Shown here: piece after piece, positions 17,579 to 27,600 of the stretch | Numbering within the stretch: position 1 is the first letter of the stretch | Layout of the letters: the number at the start of each line of letters is the position of its first letter | Virus record (IMG/VR): IMGVR_UViG_3300030106_002427 | Span: 1-42,709 of that record | Reading direction: 5' to 3' (one strand) | Source of the DNA: a virus | Taxonomy: Duplodnaviria > Caudoviricetes | Length of the DNA stretch: 42,709 bases | Translations under genes and position numbers: made by a program | The notes under the pieces: model-generated | What the model was told of the DNA's origin: nothing | Databases searched by the model: none | What the model saw: the letters and a program-made list of their open reading frames with translations, nothing else

Positions 17579-18274
17579 ATGGCGTTAATAATTGACAGTA
17601 GAGAAAAATCTATTTTAACAGATTTAGTTATAGAAAAGGCTGAAAAGTTAAATGTAGAAACTACAAAACAATGGATTGAAGTTGGAGATTATGTAGTCGG
17701 AGATGTATGTTTTGAGGCTAAATCAAGTCTTGATTTTATATCGTCTGTAATGACTAAACGCCTATGGACCCAATTAGATAATATGGACAGATGTTATAAA
17801 ACAAATATAGTTATTATTTATGGGTCTTTAGCAGATGCTTTAGAATATACAGGGCATTCGGCTAAATATAATGATAGACCTATAGCAGAGAAAAAGAGAT
17901 ATTTGACTAACAAGTTTTATGGAGCAATTGGTAGAATAATGTTAGATTCAGATATAAAACCAGTGTGGGTATCTAATGAACATTCAGCCGCTAACATAAT
18001 TACTAGTGTTGCTAAAATGCAACCAATAGATAGGCCACCAATTAAACCTCATATCTTTAAAAGATTTACAAGTGATGACATAAGAATTAATATGTTATCC
18101 ACTATTAAAGGTATAAGTGAAAAGAAAGCAAAGATGCTTATTAAAGAATATGGCTCACTAATGGAGATTGGTGATTGCGATAAAAGGGAATTGTGTTCCC
18201 TAGACGGAATAGGAGATGCAACAGCAGAAAAAATCCTATCCGTTTTTAACTCAGAAAAGAAGGTGAAACAATGA
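17579..18274 (+). CDS. ERCC4/XPF (Hef-type) structure-specific nuclease with HhH2 domain
   Basis: IIDSRE, VGDY, FEAKS..DF..S; C-terminal IKGISEKKA and LDGIGDATA helix-hairpin-helix motifs. Confidence 0.92.
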   Translation: MALIIDSREKSILTDLVIEKAEKLNVETTKQWIEVGDYVVGDVCFEAKSSLDFISSVMTKRLWTQLDNMDRCYKTNIVIIYGSLADALEYTGHSAKYNDRPIAEKKRYLTNKFYGAIGRIMLDSDIKPVWVSNEHSAANIITSVAKMQPIDRPPIKPHIFKRFTSDDIRINMLSTIKGISEKKAKMLIKEYGSLMEIGDCDKRELCSLDGIGDATAEKILSVFNSEKKVKQ

Positions 18275-18431
18275 CAAAAATTTTAGAAAGTGAAGAAATT
18301 TATAATTTTGATGACAAAGATTTAGATATTAAAAAAGAGCAAGATACTAGAATAAATTTTTTATGGATTCAGACATCAAGAACTGGATTAAAGGAAAATT
18401 GGAAAGAAGAAAAGAAGGTGAAACAATGACA
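18253..18431 (+). repeat. 24-bp perfect direct repeat AGAAAAGAAGGTGAAACAATGACA (18253-18276 and 18408-18431)
   Basis: Identical copies seen directly; each contains SD, ATG and the overlapping upstream stop. Confidence 0.9.
18271..18429 (+). CDS. 52-aa internally deleted mini-paralog of the helicase N-terminus
   Basis: MTKILESEEIYNFDDKDLDIKKEQDTRINFLWIQTSRTGLKENWKEEKKVKQ*; shares DDKDLD and QDTRIxFLWIQTxRTG with the next gene. Confidence 0.6.
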   Translation: MTKILESEEIYNFDDKDLDIKKEQDTRINFLWIQTSRTGLKENWKEEKKVKQ

Positions 18432-20135
18432 GGAGAAGAAACAGAAATTTCAGAATACGAAATAGATTATGATTATGATGATAAAGATTTGGATGTAAGT
18501 GAAGAAGTAATAAGAGAAAATAAATTACCTAAAGTAGTTCTTAATTTTGAAAAGGTTGCTACAGAATATTCTAGGGGAAATAATGTTCCAGCCATAATTA
18601 CATTTTATTCTATCTTAGGTGATTTAGTAAAAGACTTTACTATAGTTCCTTTTGGTAAAACAAAACAAGATACTAGAATACATTTTTTATGGATTCAAAC
18701 GGCTAGAACTGGTAAAAGTACTTTAATCAAATATGTTTTACTACCAATACTTAATAAATTAAAAAAGGATTTGTTAAAAGATAAATACACCAATATAGAT
18801 ATTATGGAACTTAATTCTTATACGGTTGCAGGTTTAGCGGGTTCTTATAGGGAAAACGAAGACTTCAAGGAGTATGTTGATAATCCTGAAAAGGTAAATG
18901 AGGAATATACAGCGGATATTCAGTTATTACAGGCTAAAAGAGATGATGGTACATTAACTGAATTGAAATATCAACAAGGTAAAAAAAGAGCCGCTAAATT
19001 AAGACAAAGAAAACAACAGGCAGATTACCAAGTAAACGGACCATTAGAAGGTGACGGTTGGGCAGTTCTTGATGAGTTCCATAATAGTGGTGTTTTTACT
19101 ACTAAAAAACATAATGAAGATATTATATCTTTATTCCAAACTACTATGAACAGTCTTATCAATAATGGTAATGTATGGACGAAAAAGTTAAATGATAAAG
19201 TTGGTAAAAAATTATCTGTTTTACATGAGGAGGAAGAATTACATTTAAAATTAAATTGTAGAAAAACATTCTTAATGTGTACTTACCCACCTAAAAAATT
19301 AGGAAATAGTATAGAAGAGGCTGGTCTTCTTCAAAGACCTTTAGGATTTATTAGGGATGTTCCAGAACATGAGTTAGAAGCAGTAAGAAGCGCTATAACA
19401 TTAAGTGTTGGTGATTACGATTTATTAGATGATGATGATTCAAGTAACGCAGAAGATTTAGCAGAGGGTATATTAGAAATCTATAAAACGGTAAGAGATA
19501 GATTTGAAAGAGTAAACAAAAATATGAAAAAGGTAATAATATGGGAAAAGGGAACTGCTTTAGTAGTAGAATCTGAAAGACTTAAAATGAGTAAATTTAT
19601 TCAACACTTACCCTTACAAATGAGATTGACAATTAAAATGTTTGAAATGAATTTAGTTGAATATATTTGTAAATTAGCAACATTAAATTGTATTGCTATG
19701 GCCCCCTCCATTACAAAACACCCTCATCAATCAGATGAAGATGTTGGTAGATTTTTAGTAACATCTTTACATATTAGACAGGCTGGTAATGTAGTAAGAA
19801 CTTGTTATTTAGCATTAGTAGAATGGATGGAAACTCATATGGCTAAAAGAAGAAAGACTTTAAAAGAAAGCCCTGTGGCTAAATTATTCCAACAAGCATA
19901 TAAACAGGCGTTGGAGTCAGCATTACCAAGACAAAAAAGAGAAGGGGGATATGTCGCTAAAAATCTAGTATTCGATATTGCAGAAAAACAAGCAGGGCAA
20001 AGTAGACCTACTATTAATAGACAATATAATAAACTACAGGGAAATGAATCAGGTAAAAAGACTGAAGGTAGAGCGGACATATATAACGAAATAAAAGAAG
20101 GAAAGGAATATTTTATAAAACCGAAGGAGGCATAA
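18426..20135 (+). CDS. Divergent AAA+ ATPase, probable replicative helicase (MCM-like)
   Basis: Walker A TARTGKS, TVAGLAGS (cf. MCM SxAGLTA), Walker B AVLDEFH, LLQR arginine finger, C-terminal wHTH-like region; start at GGTGA-preceded ATG 18426. Confidence 0.65.
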   Translation: MTGEETEISEYEIDYDYDDKDLDVSEEVIRENKLPKVVLNFEKVATEYSRGNNVPAIITFYSILGDLVKDFTIVPFGKTKQDTRIHFLWIQTARTGKSTLIKYVLLPILNKLKKDLLKDKYTNIDIMELNSYTVAGLAGSYRENEDFKEYVDNPEKVNEEYTADIQLLQAKRDDGTLTELKYQQGKKRAAKLRQRKQQADYQVNGPLEGDGWAVLDEFHNSGVFTTKKHNEDIISLFQTTMNSLINNGNVWTKKLNDKVGKKLSVLHEEEELHLKLNCRKTFLMCTYPPKKLGNSIEEAGLLQRPLGFIRDVPEHELEAVRSAITLSVGDYDLLDDDDSSNAEDLAEGILEIYKTVRDRFERVNKNMKKVIIWEKGTALVVESERLKMSKFIQHLPLQMRLTIKMFEMNLVEYICKLATLNCIAMAPSITKHPHQSDEDVGRFLVTSLHIRQAGNVVRTCYLALVEWMETHMAKRRKTLKESPVAKLFQQAYKQALESALPRQKREGGYVAKNLVFDIAEKQAGQSRPTINRQYNKLQGNESGKKTEGRADIYNEIKEGKEYFIKPKEA

Positions 20136-20137
20136 AA

Positions 20138-20368
20138 ATGGAAGTAACATGGGAAAATAAACATATAGTATTTGACATAAATGACGGACCAAAAACAATG
20201 ACTGATGCATTGAACTTAGAAGGAAATGACGGATGGGAAGTATCATCTATCGTAAGTGTTGCAGGTAGTAAGTTATGTGTGTTCATGAAAAAAGCGACAT
20301 ACGTAGAAAAAATATCAGCAAAAGAAGAAAAGGAAGAAGAGATTTCTAAGTTATGGGGCGGTAAGTAA
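20138..20368 (+). CDS. DUF4177-like small protein
   Basis: WENK...ALNLEGNDGWEVSSI...VFMKK pattern. Confidence 0.65.
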   Translation: MEVTWENKHIVFDINDGPKTMTDALNLEGNDGWEVSSIVSVAGSKLCVFMKKATYVEKISAKEEKEEEISKLWGGK

Positions 20369-20967
20369 TGAACAATGTTATGGCTATAGATTTAGAAACT
20401 AAAAATCTATCAACTGAAATAGGAGGCTGGAAAAACACTCATATGTTTTTAGTTTCAACTGTAACAACTTGGAATGGAAATACAGGAACGGTCTATGTAG
20501 ATGAACCAGTTTCGGATACCTTTTCTAAATCAGGAATACAAACAAAACCAATTAGAGAATTAAAGTTCGACTTAGATGACCATTTTGCCAAAGGGGGTTA
20601 TCTATTGGGACATAATATTGTAGCGTTTGATATGCCTGTTTTAAGAGATGCGTTGGACATATATTGTATTAGAAAATATATTGCTAATAATCAGTATATA
20701 GATACCAGTAAATATTTCGTACAAAATCATGGAAGTAGATATTCTTTAAACAATTTAATTGACCACACTTTAGGAAAACAGAAATCTTTAGAAAGTGCAG
20801 ATGCTCCGAGACTATGGAAGCAAGGAGATTATGATACTGTAGTTGATTATTGCTTAAAAGATTCACAATTAGTATATGATTTATGGAGATATGGACAAGA
20901 TAATGGATTTGTAAAAGCATATAATATAGATAATGAAGAAAAAATAACAATGGAGGTTGAATGGTAA
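20368..20967 (+). CDS. DEDD-family 3'-5' exonuclease (RNase H-like)
   Basis: AIDLET, GHNIVAFD, YIDT, YCLKD. Confidence 0.9.
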   Translation: MNNVMAIDLETKNLSTEIGGWKNTHMFLVSTVTTWNGNTGTVYVDEPVSDTFSKSGIQTKPIRELKFDLDDHFAKGGYLLGHNIVAFDMPVLRDALDIYCIRKYIANNQYIDTSKYFVQNHGSRYSLNNLIDHTLGKQKSLESADAPRLWKQGDYDTVVDYCLKDSQLVYDLWRYGQDNGFVKAYNIDNEEKITMEVEW

Positions 20968-21128
20968 TGGACACTGGAGAAGTATTTGGATGGATATTCT
21001 TTTTCATATTTGTTAGCATTTTGTTCTTTGCGGCATTCGGAAGTGCTTCTGTAACAGAAGATACTGTCGAAGAATACATTAATAATCTAATGGCTGAAGA
21101 ACAAAAGTCAATGAATAGAAAGAGATAA
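20967..21128 (+). CDS. Small membrane protein, 53 aa
   Basis: MDTGEVFGWIFFFIFVSILFFAAFGSAS...RKR*; GGAGG SD; TAATG overlap. Confidence 0.7.
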   Translation: MDTGEVFGWIFFFIFVSILFFAAFGSASVTEDTVEEYINNLMAEEQKSMNRKR

Positions 21129-21129
21129 C

Positions 21130-21264
21130 ATGGGATTAAAACATAAATGTGTTGAGTGCGGAAAGGTAGTAATACCTAGACGCATTAAAGGATATTACAT
21201 TGGTTCGCAAGATGTAATAAAAATTTGGGAATGTCCTAAATGTTATCACCTTTGGCAAAATTGA
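21130..21264 (+). CDS. Zinc-ribbon microprotein, 44 aa (TFIIS/TFS C-terminal ribbon-like)
   Basis: MGLKHKCVECGKVVIPRRIKGYYIGSQDVIKIWECPKCYHLWQN*. Confidence 0.65.
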   Translation: MGLKHKCVECGKVVIPRRIKGYYIGSQDVIKIWECPKCYHLWQN

Positions 21265-21308
21265 GAATTGGGCTTCGGCCCTTTTCTCTTTTTTTTTATT
21301 TTTATTTT
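21263..21308 (+). terminator. Hairpin plus T-tract terminator at the junction of convergent gene blocks
   Basis: GGGC-TTCG-GCCC (21270-21281), extendable GAGAA/TTCTC stem, long T run. Confidence 0.8.
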
Positions 21309-21402
21309 AAGTGGGTAAGATTAGTCTCTACCATATGTACGCCTTTTATAAAGGATTAAAAAAAGTTATACAGATATTTCATGCTCGACTAGAATTTCAA
21401 CA

Positions 21403-21549
21403 TTAATTTTCCCAATCGGAGGTATTTCTATTTTTAGGGACTTTTTTCATTAAGTTGTAAAGAGCAACAGAAAAGACCCATAAATAACATACTCCTAAAA
21501 CACTTAGTCCACAAATGTCGGCTATACCTAAAGCAACATTTTCCGACAT
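21403..21549 (-). CDS. Small membrane protein, 48 aa
   Basis: MSENVALGIADICGLSVLGVCYLWVFSVALYNLMKKVPKNRNTSDWEN*; GAGGT SD upstream. Confidence 0.55.
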   Translation of the reverse strand: MSENVALGIADICGLSVLGVCYLWVFSVALYNLMKKVPKNRNTSDWEN

Positions 21550-21556
21550 TTTTACC

Positions 21557-22066
21557 TCATGCAAATGTTATTGTGAATTGATATGTTGGTGAAGCAGTAC
21601 TTCCACCAGCATTAGTTCCAGTACATATTGCCTGAAATACTACTTGATGTCCACTAGATATACTACCACTTCCAAAATTTAAAGCAACCGCTGTAGTTCC
21701 TACATCCTCTGTTGTAAGATTTACGGTATTAGAATTAGATGGAGTAAAGGTCAAACTACTTTCATTAGTTGGTAAACTTATAGCCCAAGCAAAAGATGTT
21801 GGAGCAGTTCCACTAGAACCTGAATCGCCATATACAAACATTATATCTGCTCCAGCGCCACTTGGATTAAAATTATTAAATGAAGAAGTATCTCCATTAG
21901 CAATATCAAATGGGCTACCAACCGCTCGACCCATCGAAGAATTAAACAGTTGGCAAGTCATAGAAGCGGCAGTTCCATCATCATCATTTATTGTCATTGC
22001 GCTAGGAGCAGAAACAGAAGCCCCAAAAGCATAAGAATTGATAACAATAATACCCATATCAATCAT
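21557..22066 (-). CDS. Virion structural / fibre-associated protein (Ser/Thr/Gly-rich, Ig-like)
   Basis: Lys-free, beta-rich composition, C-terminal TNAGGST; follows tail fibre gene. Confidence 0.55.
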   Translation of the reverse strand: MIDMGIIVINSYAFGASVSAPSAMTINDDDGTAASMTCQLFNSSMGRAVGSPFDIANGDTSSFNNFNPSGAGADIMFVYGDSGSSGTAPTSFAWAISLPTNESSLTFTPSNSNTVNLTTEDVGTTAVALNFGSGSISSGHQVVFQAICTGTNAGGSTASPTYQFTITFA

Positions 22067-24279
22067 GTCCTATATCCATAAAGTGTAACCTTTAATCCTT
22101 TACCAGCAGTAGAAGAACCTATTTGGTCTATATCAAAAGTTATCAAAGCATCATTCGCTAAAGAAGCATCGCTGATTACAGCCGCAGATGCCGCAGATGA
22201 AGAAGTAAGTTCACTAGCATCAATACTTAGTTTAGTGCTTAATATTGTTGAACCCGCTTCGTTTATATCTACTATAATTGTTGAGCCTACTGGTGCAGTA
22301 TTAACAGTTGCTTTTACACCAGTTAGTGTCATAGCAAAAGGCATATTGAAACTTGCTTTACCATTTCCAGTTGTTAAATTACTAGTTTCATCAGATAAAG
22401 AAATTATGAAAACTTCTTCTGATAATAGTATATCATTACCTGCGTCATTTGTAAAATATAATGTATTTGGTGTATCGTCATGAACCCATATTTGTCCGTA
22501 AGCCGCAGTATCACCATCGGCATCTGCTTGTTCTTTTAATGTGAAAGCACCTTCAACTGTTAACTTTGTTTTAGGTGCATTAAGTCCAACGCCTACTTTA
22601 TCAGCAGAAGCATCAACAAATAATAAATTAGTATCAGAACTACCTTCACATCTAAAGTCTATATCATCCGCTTGCTCATTAATTACTACATCTCTTGTAG
22701 CGGCTCTTAATCTAATATATTCGCTAAGAGTTCCAGCCTCAATTAAATTAAAAGTCATATGACCGTCTTCTGAATCATCTGATGTATCATCCATTCCCGC
22801 TTCAATTGTAGCATAATTTACTTCTTGAGGTACATCACTATTATTGACTCCATCATTTTCTCCTCTAAATACAATTTGTCCTATAAGGTCATTATCATCT
22901 ATATCAGCGGCGGCGGAATCTGCATCCCTAAATAATACAAGATTAGGAGCGGAAGTAGCCGCACTAGCAAGAGTTCCCTCTATTAATAAGTGGTCACCCG
23001 AACCACTCGAAAGAATATGTAAAGGGGCAGTAGGGGCATTAATTCCAATACCCACATTACCATCTGTGTGAATTCTCATTCTTTCTGCGGCTGTATCTGT
23101 CCCACTTACTTTAGTATGAAATGCCATCATAGATGTTCCAGTTCCATCCCCACCACCAGATTTTAAGATTAAATCTCCACCATCTATGTTATTACCGTTA
23201 GTGGATGTAGAACCCGCAGAGATAGTTAAGTCCCTACCTGCGGTTGTAGAAGTTGTAGCCGCTACGCTTACCGTTGCATCTTGACCATTTCCAAAACCAA
23301 CATCTCCACCTGTAACTGTTAAATCAGTCCCAACTGTTGCAGTAGTGGTAGTTGTTAATGCACCTGTAACCGCTAATGTGCTTCCATCAAAAGTTAAGTT
23401 TGCTTCTCCTTGAATAGCATTTGAACCAGTAACAGTTGTAATTGTATTGTTGGTTGAACCAGTTAAAGCCGCTCCACCACTAGACATGGTTTCCCAACTT
23501 AAGACACCTGCATCTGTAGATTGTAATACCTTGTTACTTGCTGGATAATCGGCAGGTAAAGTATAAACTGTGTTGGCGGTTACTGCCGCAGGTGCTTTAA
23601 ACCCTGTATAATGTGCGCCATTATCTGTATCTTCTAATAATCTTAATTCACCTGCATTTGTAGCACCATTTCCTAATGACATAAATGGAGTAGTAACTAT
23701 AGTAGCAGTTGTTCCATCAATTGCTAAACCAGTCGCACTAGCACTTAGTTCACCTATTGGAGTGTACGCATTTGAATTGGTATATCCTAATGATAGTTTA
23801 TTTTCTGTTTTACTAGTAGTAAATGTTTGAAAAGCAACTGTAGAATGTGTATCAGTTGATTGAACTCTAATTAAAGAAATAGGAGTTAAGGTAACAGTTA
23901 GGTCAGGAATAACTCCGTCACTAGAACCCATAACTACACTAATAGTTCCTGTTCCATCACCATCATCTGCAAAAGCCACCCAATGATAGAAAGCACCCGA
24001 AGAAGGTTTGTTGATTGTAGTAGCCGAAAGAGCATCAACAGCAATATATTGCCCATTTGAAAACCCTTTACCTGCGGTTAATGCTACTTGAATATTAGAA
24101 CTACTAGTTGTAAAAGTGTGAGCAAAACCTAATGTTGCACCATCCTTTAAAGCATAATTACCCTGTGCCATTGAATGTAGTACTTTAAATAATCCTGAAT
24201 GCGGAGAATCTATTTTATCGACTAATTGTGTACTTGCTGTTGTTGTTAAAGTACTAAGTATTCCACTATTTGCTACCAT
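22063..24279 (-). CDS. Tail fibre / receptor-binding protein
   Basis: 738 aa, T/G/S/A-rich, fibre motifs ERMRIHTDGNVGIG, LFVDASADKVGVG, GEANLTFDGSTL. Confidence 0.8.
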   Translation of the reverse strand: MVANSGILSTLTTTASTQLVDKIDSPHSGLFKVLHSMAQGNYALKDGATLGFAHTFTTSSSNIQVALTAGKGFSNGQYIAVDALSATTINKPSSGAFYHWVAFADDGDGTGTISVVMGSSDGVIPDLTVTLTPISLIRVQSTDTHSTVAFQTFTTSKTENKLSLGYTNSNAYTPIGELSASATGLAIDGTTATIVTTPFMSLGNGATNAGELRLLEDTDNGAHYTGFKAPAAVTANTVYTLPADYPASNKVLQSTDAGVLSWETMSSGGAALTGSTNNTITTVTGSNAIQGEANLTFDGSTLAVTGALTTTTTATVGTDLTVTGGDVGFGNGQDATVSVAATTSTTAGRDLTISAGSTSTNGNNIDGGDLILKSGGGDGTGTSMMAFHTKVSGTDTAAERMRIHTDGNVGIGINAPTAPLHILSSGSGDHLLIEGTLASAATSAPNLVLFRDADSAAADIDDNDLIGQIVFRGENDGVNNSDVPQEVNYATIEAGMDDTSDDSEDGHMTFNLIEAGTLSEYIRLRAATRDVVINEQADDIDFRCEGSSDTNLLFVDASADKVGVGLNAPKTKLTVEGAFTLKEQADADGDTAAYGQIWVHDDTPNTLYFTNDAGNDILLSEEVFIISLSDETSNLTTGNGKASFNMPFAMTLTGVKATVNTAPVGSTIIVDINEAGSTILSTKLSIDASELTSSSAASAAVISDASLANDALITFDIDQIGSSTAGKGLKVTLYGYRT

Positions 24280-24280
24280 C

Positions 24281-24691
24281 TTATTCTACCTCCATTGTAT
24301 ATATTATCTCGATAGTATCACTAGTAGAAAAGTTTCCCACTCCTTCAAAGTTAACCCTAGCGAGCATAACGTTTTCTGTAGGACTATAATCGTAACCACT
24401 AGTATCTATTAATGCCATCTCAGCATCAGTAGGAAGATTACCAAATATTCCCATCTCTCTAATTGTATATCCTTGTAAAGTTGAGCCAGTAAAACTACTA
24501 GTAAATTCTACAACTTTATCATCTGATGATGTAGCAGTATTAGTAGCAGATGTGCTTAAAGGTACATCTAAATCAGAAGCGGTTGGATTAGTTCCTCCAC
24601 CACCAGTTCCTACTTTTGTTGTTCCACTTGTTGCCCCAAACATTTCCCTCAAGAATAAGGCTACTTTCTTTTTTGTTGTGTGCGTTATCAT
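24281..24691 (-). CDS. Tail-tip / fibre attachment protein (tail-collar-like)
   Basis: KVGTGG...GYTIREMGIFG...MLAR pattern typical of fibre-anchoring N-terminal domains. Confidence 0.65.
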   Translation of the reverse strand: MITHTTKKKVALFLREMFGATSGTTKVGTGGGGTNPTASDLDVPLSTSATNTATSSDDKVVEFTSSFTGSTLQGYTIREMGIFGNLPTDAEMALIDTSGYDYSPTENVMLARVNFEGVGNFSTSDTIEIIYTMEVE

Positions 24692-27600
24692 GTAAAGTCC
24701 TCGTCTGTTATTATTGTTGTTACTGTTTCTAATGGTCCCATTGTATCTCCGAAATCTAATTTTCTTGTTGTTAAAGTTTGGAATCCTAATGTGAATGCAT
24801 CACTGTCCGCTAAACTAATCTTCTTTATTACTAGTCTTAATTCTTTCAGTTTAATTGAATCGAAAAAGTCTAAAGGAGCAGTAGTAGCACCAAACTGAGA
24901 ACCTCTTATAGAAGCAGAATTAGATTTATTTTGGATTGATAATTCAGCAAATCTATTTGCTAAATCTTTACGATAAGTTCCCACTTCTAACTCAACTAAA
25001 TTTTGAGTGTCCCTTTTAATCTCATATATTTTATATTGACCTTTAACGATACCTTCTTGTGGGAAATCTAAAGTTACCAAATCTCCAGCCTTAATGAAAT
25101 CAATTCCTTTATTTGACATTTTAATAGTGAACCTATCTTCACCATCTGAGTGTGCTGATAGTAAACTCTTTGCTCTCGAATCTACATCATCCTGTGAAAC
25201 AAGTTCCATATTTACATCTTCAAGAGTTTTCTTACCAAACTTGTCTATACTCTTACGATTACGCTTAATTGATTTGACTCCACTACCATAAACTATTATC
25301 TCATTGTAAAGGTCAAAAGTAGATTTGTTTCTAGTTACCCCTGTAATATTTACATTAGGGCTAGAGTAGGATAAATCTATAGGTTGTGAATCTAAAGTTG
25401 TTCTTTCCTTTGTAAGAGATATTCCTGTTTCATCTATTCTCAATTCTTTTTCTTTATACTTAGCGGCAAAGGTAGCGGCTGAGAATATATCAACCCCTTG
25501 ATAATTAGGTGAAATAAAATAAGGGTATTCTTTATTATCTCTTATCTCATAATTAATGTCTTCTTCACTTAATAAGTTATTAACAACGTCTTCAACTTCT
25601 TCACCTATTACTATAGTCGAACCTATTTTTAAAGTAGTGGGTTCATTAACTCTAGTTACTAGTGGGCTTTTGAGAGAGAATATTTCTCCGAAAGAAACTA
25701 TACCATACATAGGTTGACTTGCATTATCACTTAGAGTTAATCTACATAATGCTCTGTCATCGTAATAATCTGCTTCTACTCCTATAGACATTTTTTGTTT
25801 TGATACCCCATCCGTTAATAACATGTTAAATGATGAACCTGATTTGAATGTGTTTCTATTTCCTGTTGGATTAAATAAATGAATATAATCTCTAAGAACA
25901 GTAAATGTGTTATTTAACAATGTTATATTTCCAGAGGATAAATCAGCGTCATTACCAAATTTACCTGCTATCACCAAAGAAGTATCACTGATAATAGACT
26001 TAACATAGCACCTTTGGTGGTCTAATAAAATAACATCTCCCTCTTTTAATTCATCGGTAAACTTAGTGCTACTTCCAGTTAAAGTGGTATTACCTACATC
26101 CATATTGGAAATTGTTCCAGTTAAAGTTTGTTGTTGTGAGTGCCTACTATCCATATCTATAGCCATATACATAGACATAATTGCTTCATTTTCTCCTTGT
26201 TCTCCCGAAGTTCTCAAATCAATATTATGGATACTACTTAGTTCTCCACCAGTAAACTCACCTTTATTGTTTAATCTATTTAACGGAGGAATAAAACCAT
26301 ACATAGAGGGACTTTGTGGTTCTTTAGTAGTTTGCGCAGATAAACAATATAAGTTTAATTCATTAGGTGATTCGGGCCATATACAAGTTTCAGCAGGTCG
26401 CATAACTCTATAATCATTAAAAAAACTTAAATTACCAGTATTATCTATAGGTAAATTATCTATTAATAATTCATGAGCCACAACATTACCCGTTATCTCT
26501 CTTCTATGTTCTTTAACAAAAAGAATATGTTTAGGGTCTACCATAGTATCAGCCATAGAAGTTATAGCCCCGCCACTTGCATCTATTATCCCCTTCGCAT
26601 TAGGGAGAGTGTCATTATTTACATGCACTGAACCACCATTTTTAAATGGTAAATGGTCAACTAAAGTAGGCTGAGTATCAATAGCCGTTCCTAAATTACC
26701 AACTAAATACATACCTGTTAAATCTACAAAATTTAAAAAGGCATTATTAGTTCCATTAATAATTCTAAGCCATCCTTCTTTACTATTACTTCCGTTTATA
26801 GAATTTATACTGTTAACTCCTATTTTAGTTACTGCAAGTCCGCCGTTAGTTAAATCACCATTATAATCGCCTAACTGTAAATGAGGTACAAATGTAGCAT
26901 AAACACCATCAGCAACATAACTTGTTCCGTCAGGGTCTTCATAGAATGTTTCTGTTTTGGTATCAGAACGAAGTTTAGCATAAGGATATGAAGCATGTGT
27001 TCCAGCAGTAATAAAAGTATATTCACCACTATTAGCATTTGCTAAATCTGAATCCGTTATTCCTCCCTTACTGTTTCCATATGCTATATCGGATAAAGGC
27101 CCATTAGTTAGGAAAAGGTCATTAGTTTTAGCACCACCAGTAGTACTAACACTTATTTCAAAAGTATTAGAATCAGTTACAGTAACAACATAAGCCCCTT
27201 CAGGAATACCATCTCCCATTACTCCTTGTCCTTCTGTTATGGTTCCACCAACAGCCCCACTGTGAGTATCTATTGTTGTGCTATTATTATAATCACAACT
27301 TCCAACAATAAATACCGCTGGTTTGGCAAAAGGAAAACCTTCAGCATCTACATTATCATTAATTTTAAATTTACCTCCTAATGGTATATTAGTAATAGAT
27401 TGTTCAATATTATATCGTCCTAAAGCAACTACATCGCAATTTCTGTAAGGATTACCACCCGCTTGAATCCATTCTAAAACATTAGAGGCGTGAGTATATT
27501 CTGTTGCTATAGGATTTTGTATAGTATTATCTGCTCTATTAACAAGGTAACCTCTTGCTTGCATAGCGTTAACGGTTCTACCCGATTCTGCTGAATTAGA

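Noticed and set aside
18363-18425. ORF-track start of the helicase at 18363
   Set aside because: No SD there; ATG 18426 has a GGTGA SD, and the upstream bases belong to the 52-aa mini-paralog in another frame
18340-18712. Diversity-generating retroelement TR/VR pair
   Set aside because: No reverse transcriptase in the window, the repeat is only 47 bp, one mismatch is T/G (not adenine-specific), and the target is a helicase N-terminus
923-21079. Short minus-strand ORFs in the replication block (e.g. 3504-3689, 7895-8191, 13227-13622, 20684-21079)
   Set aside because: Antisense shadows of well-supported + strand genes, with no motifs
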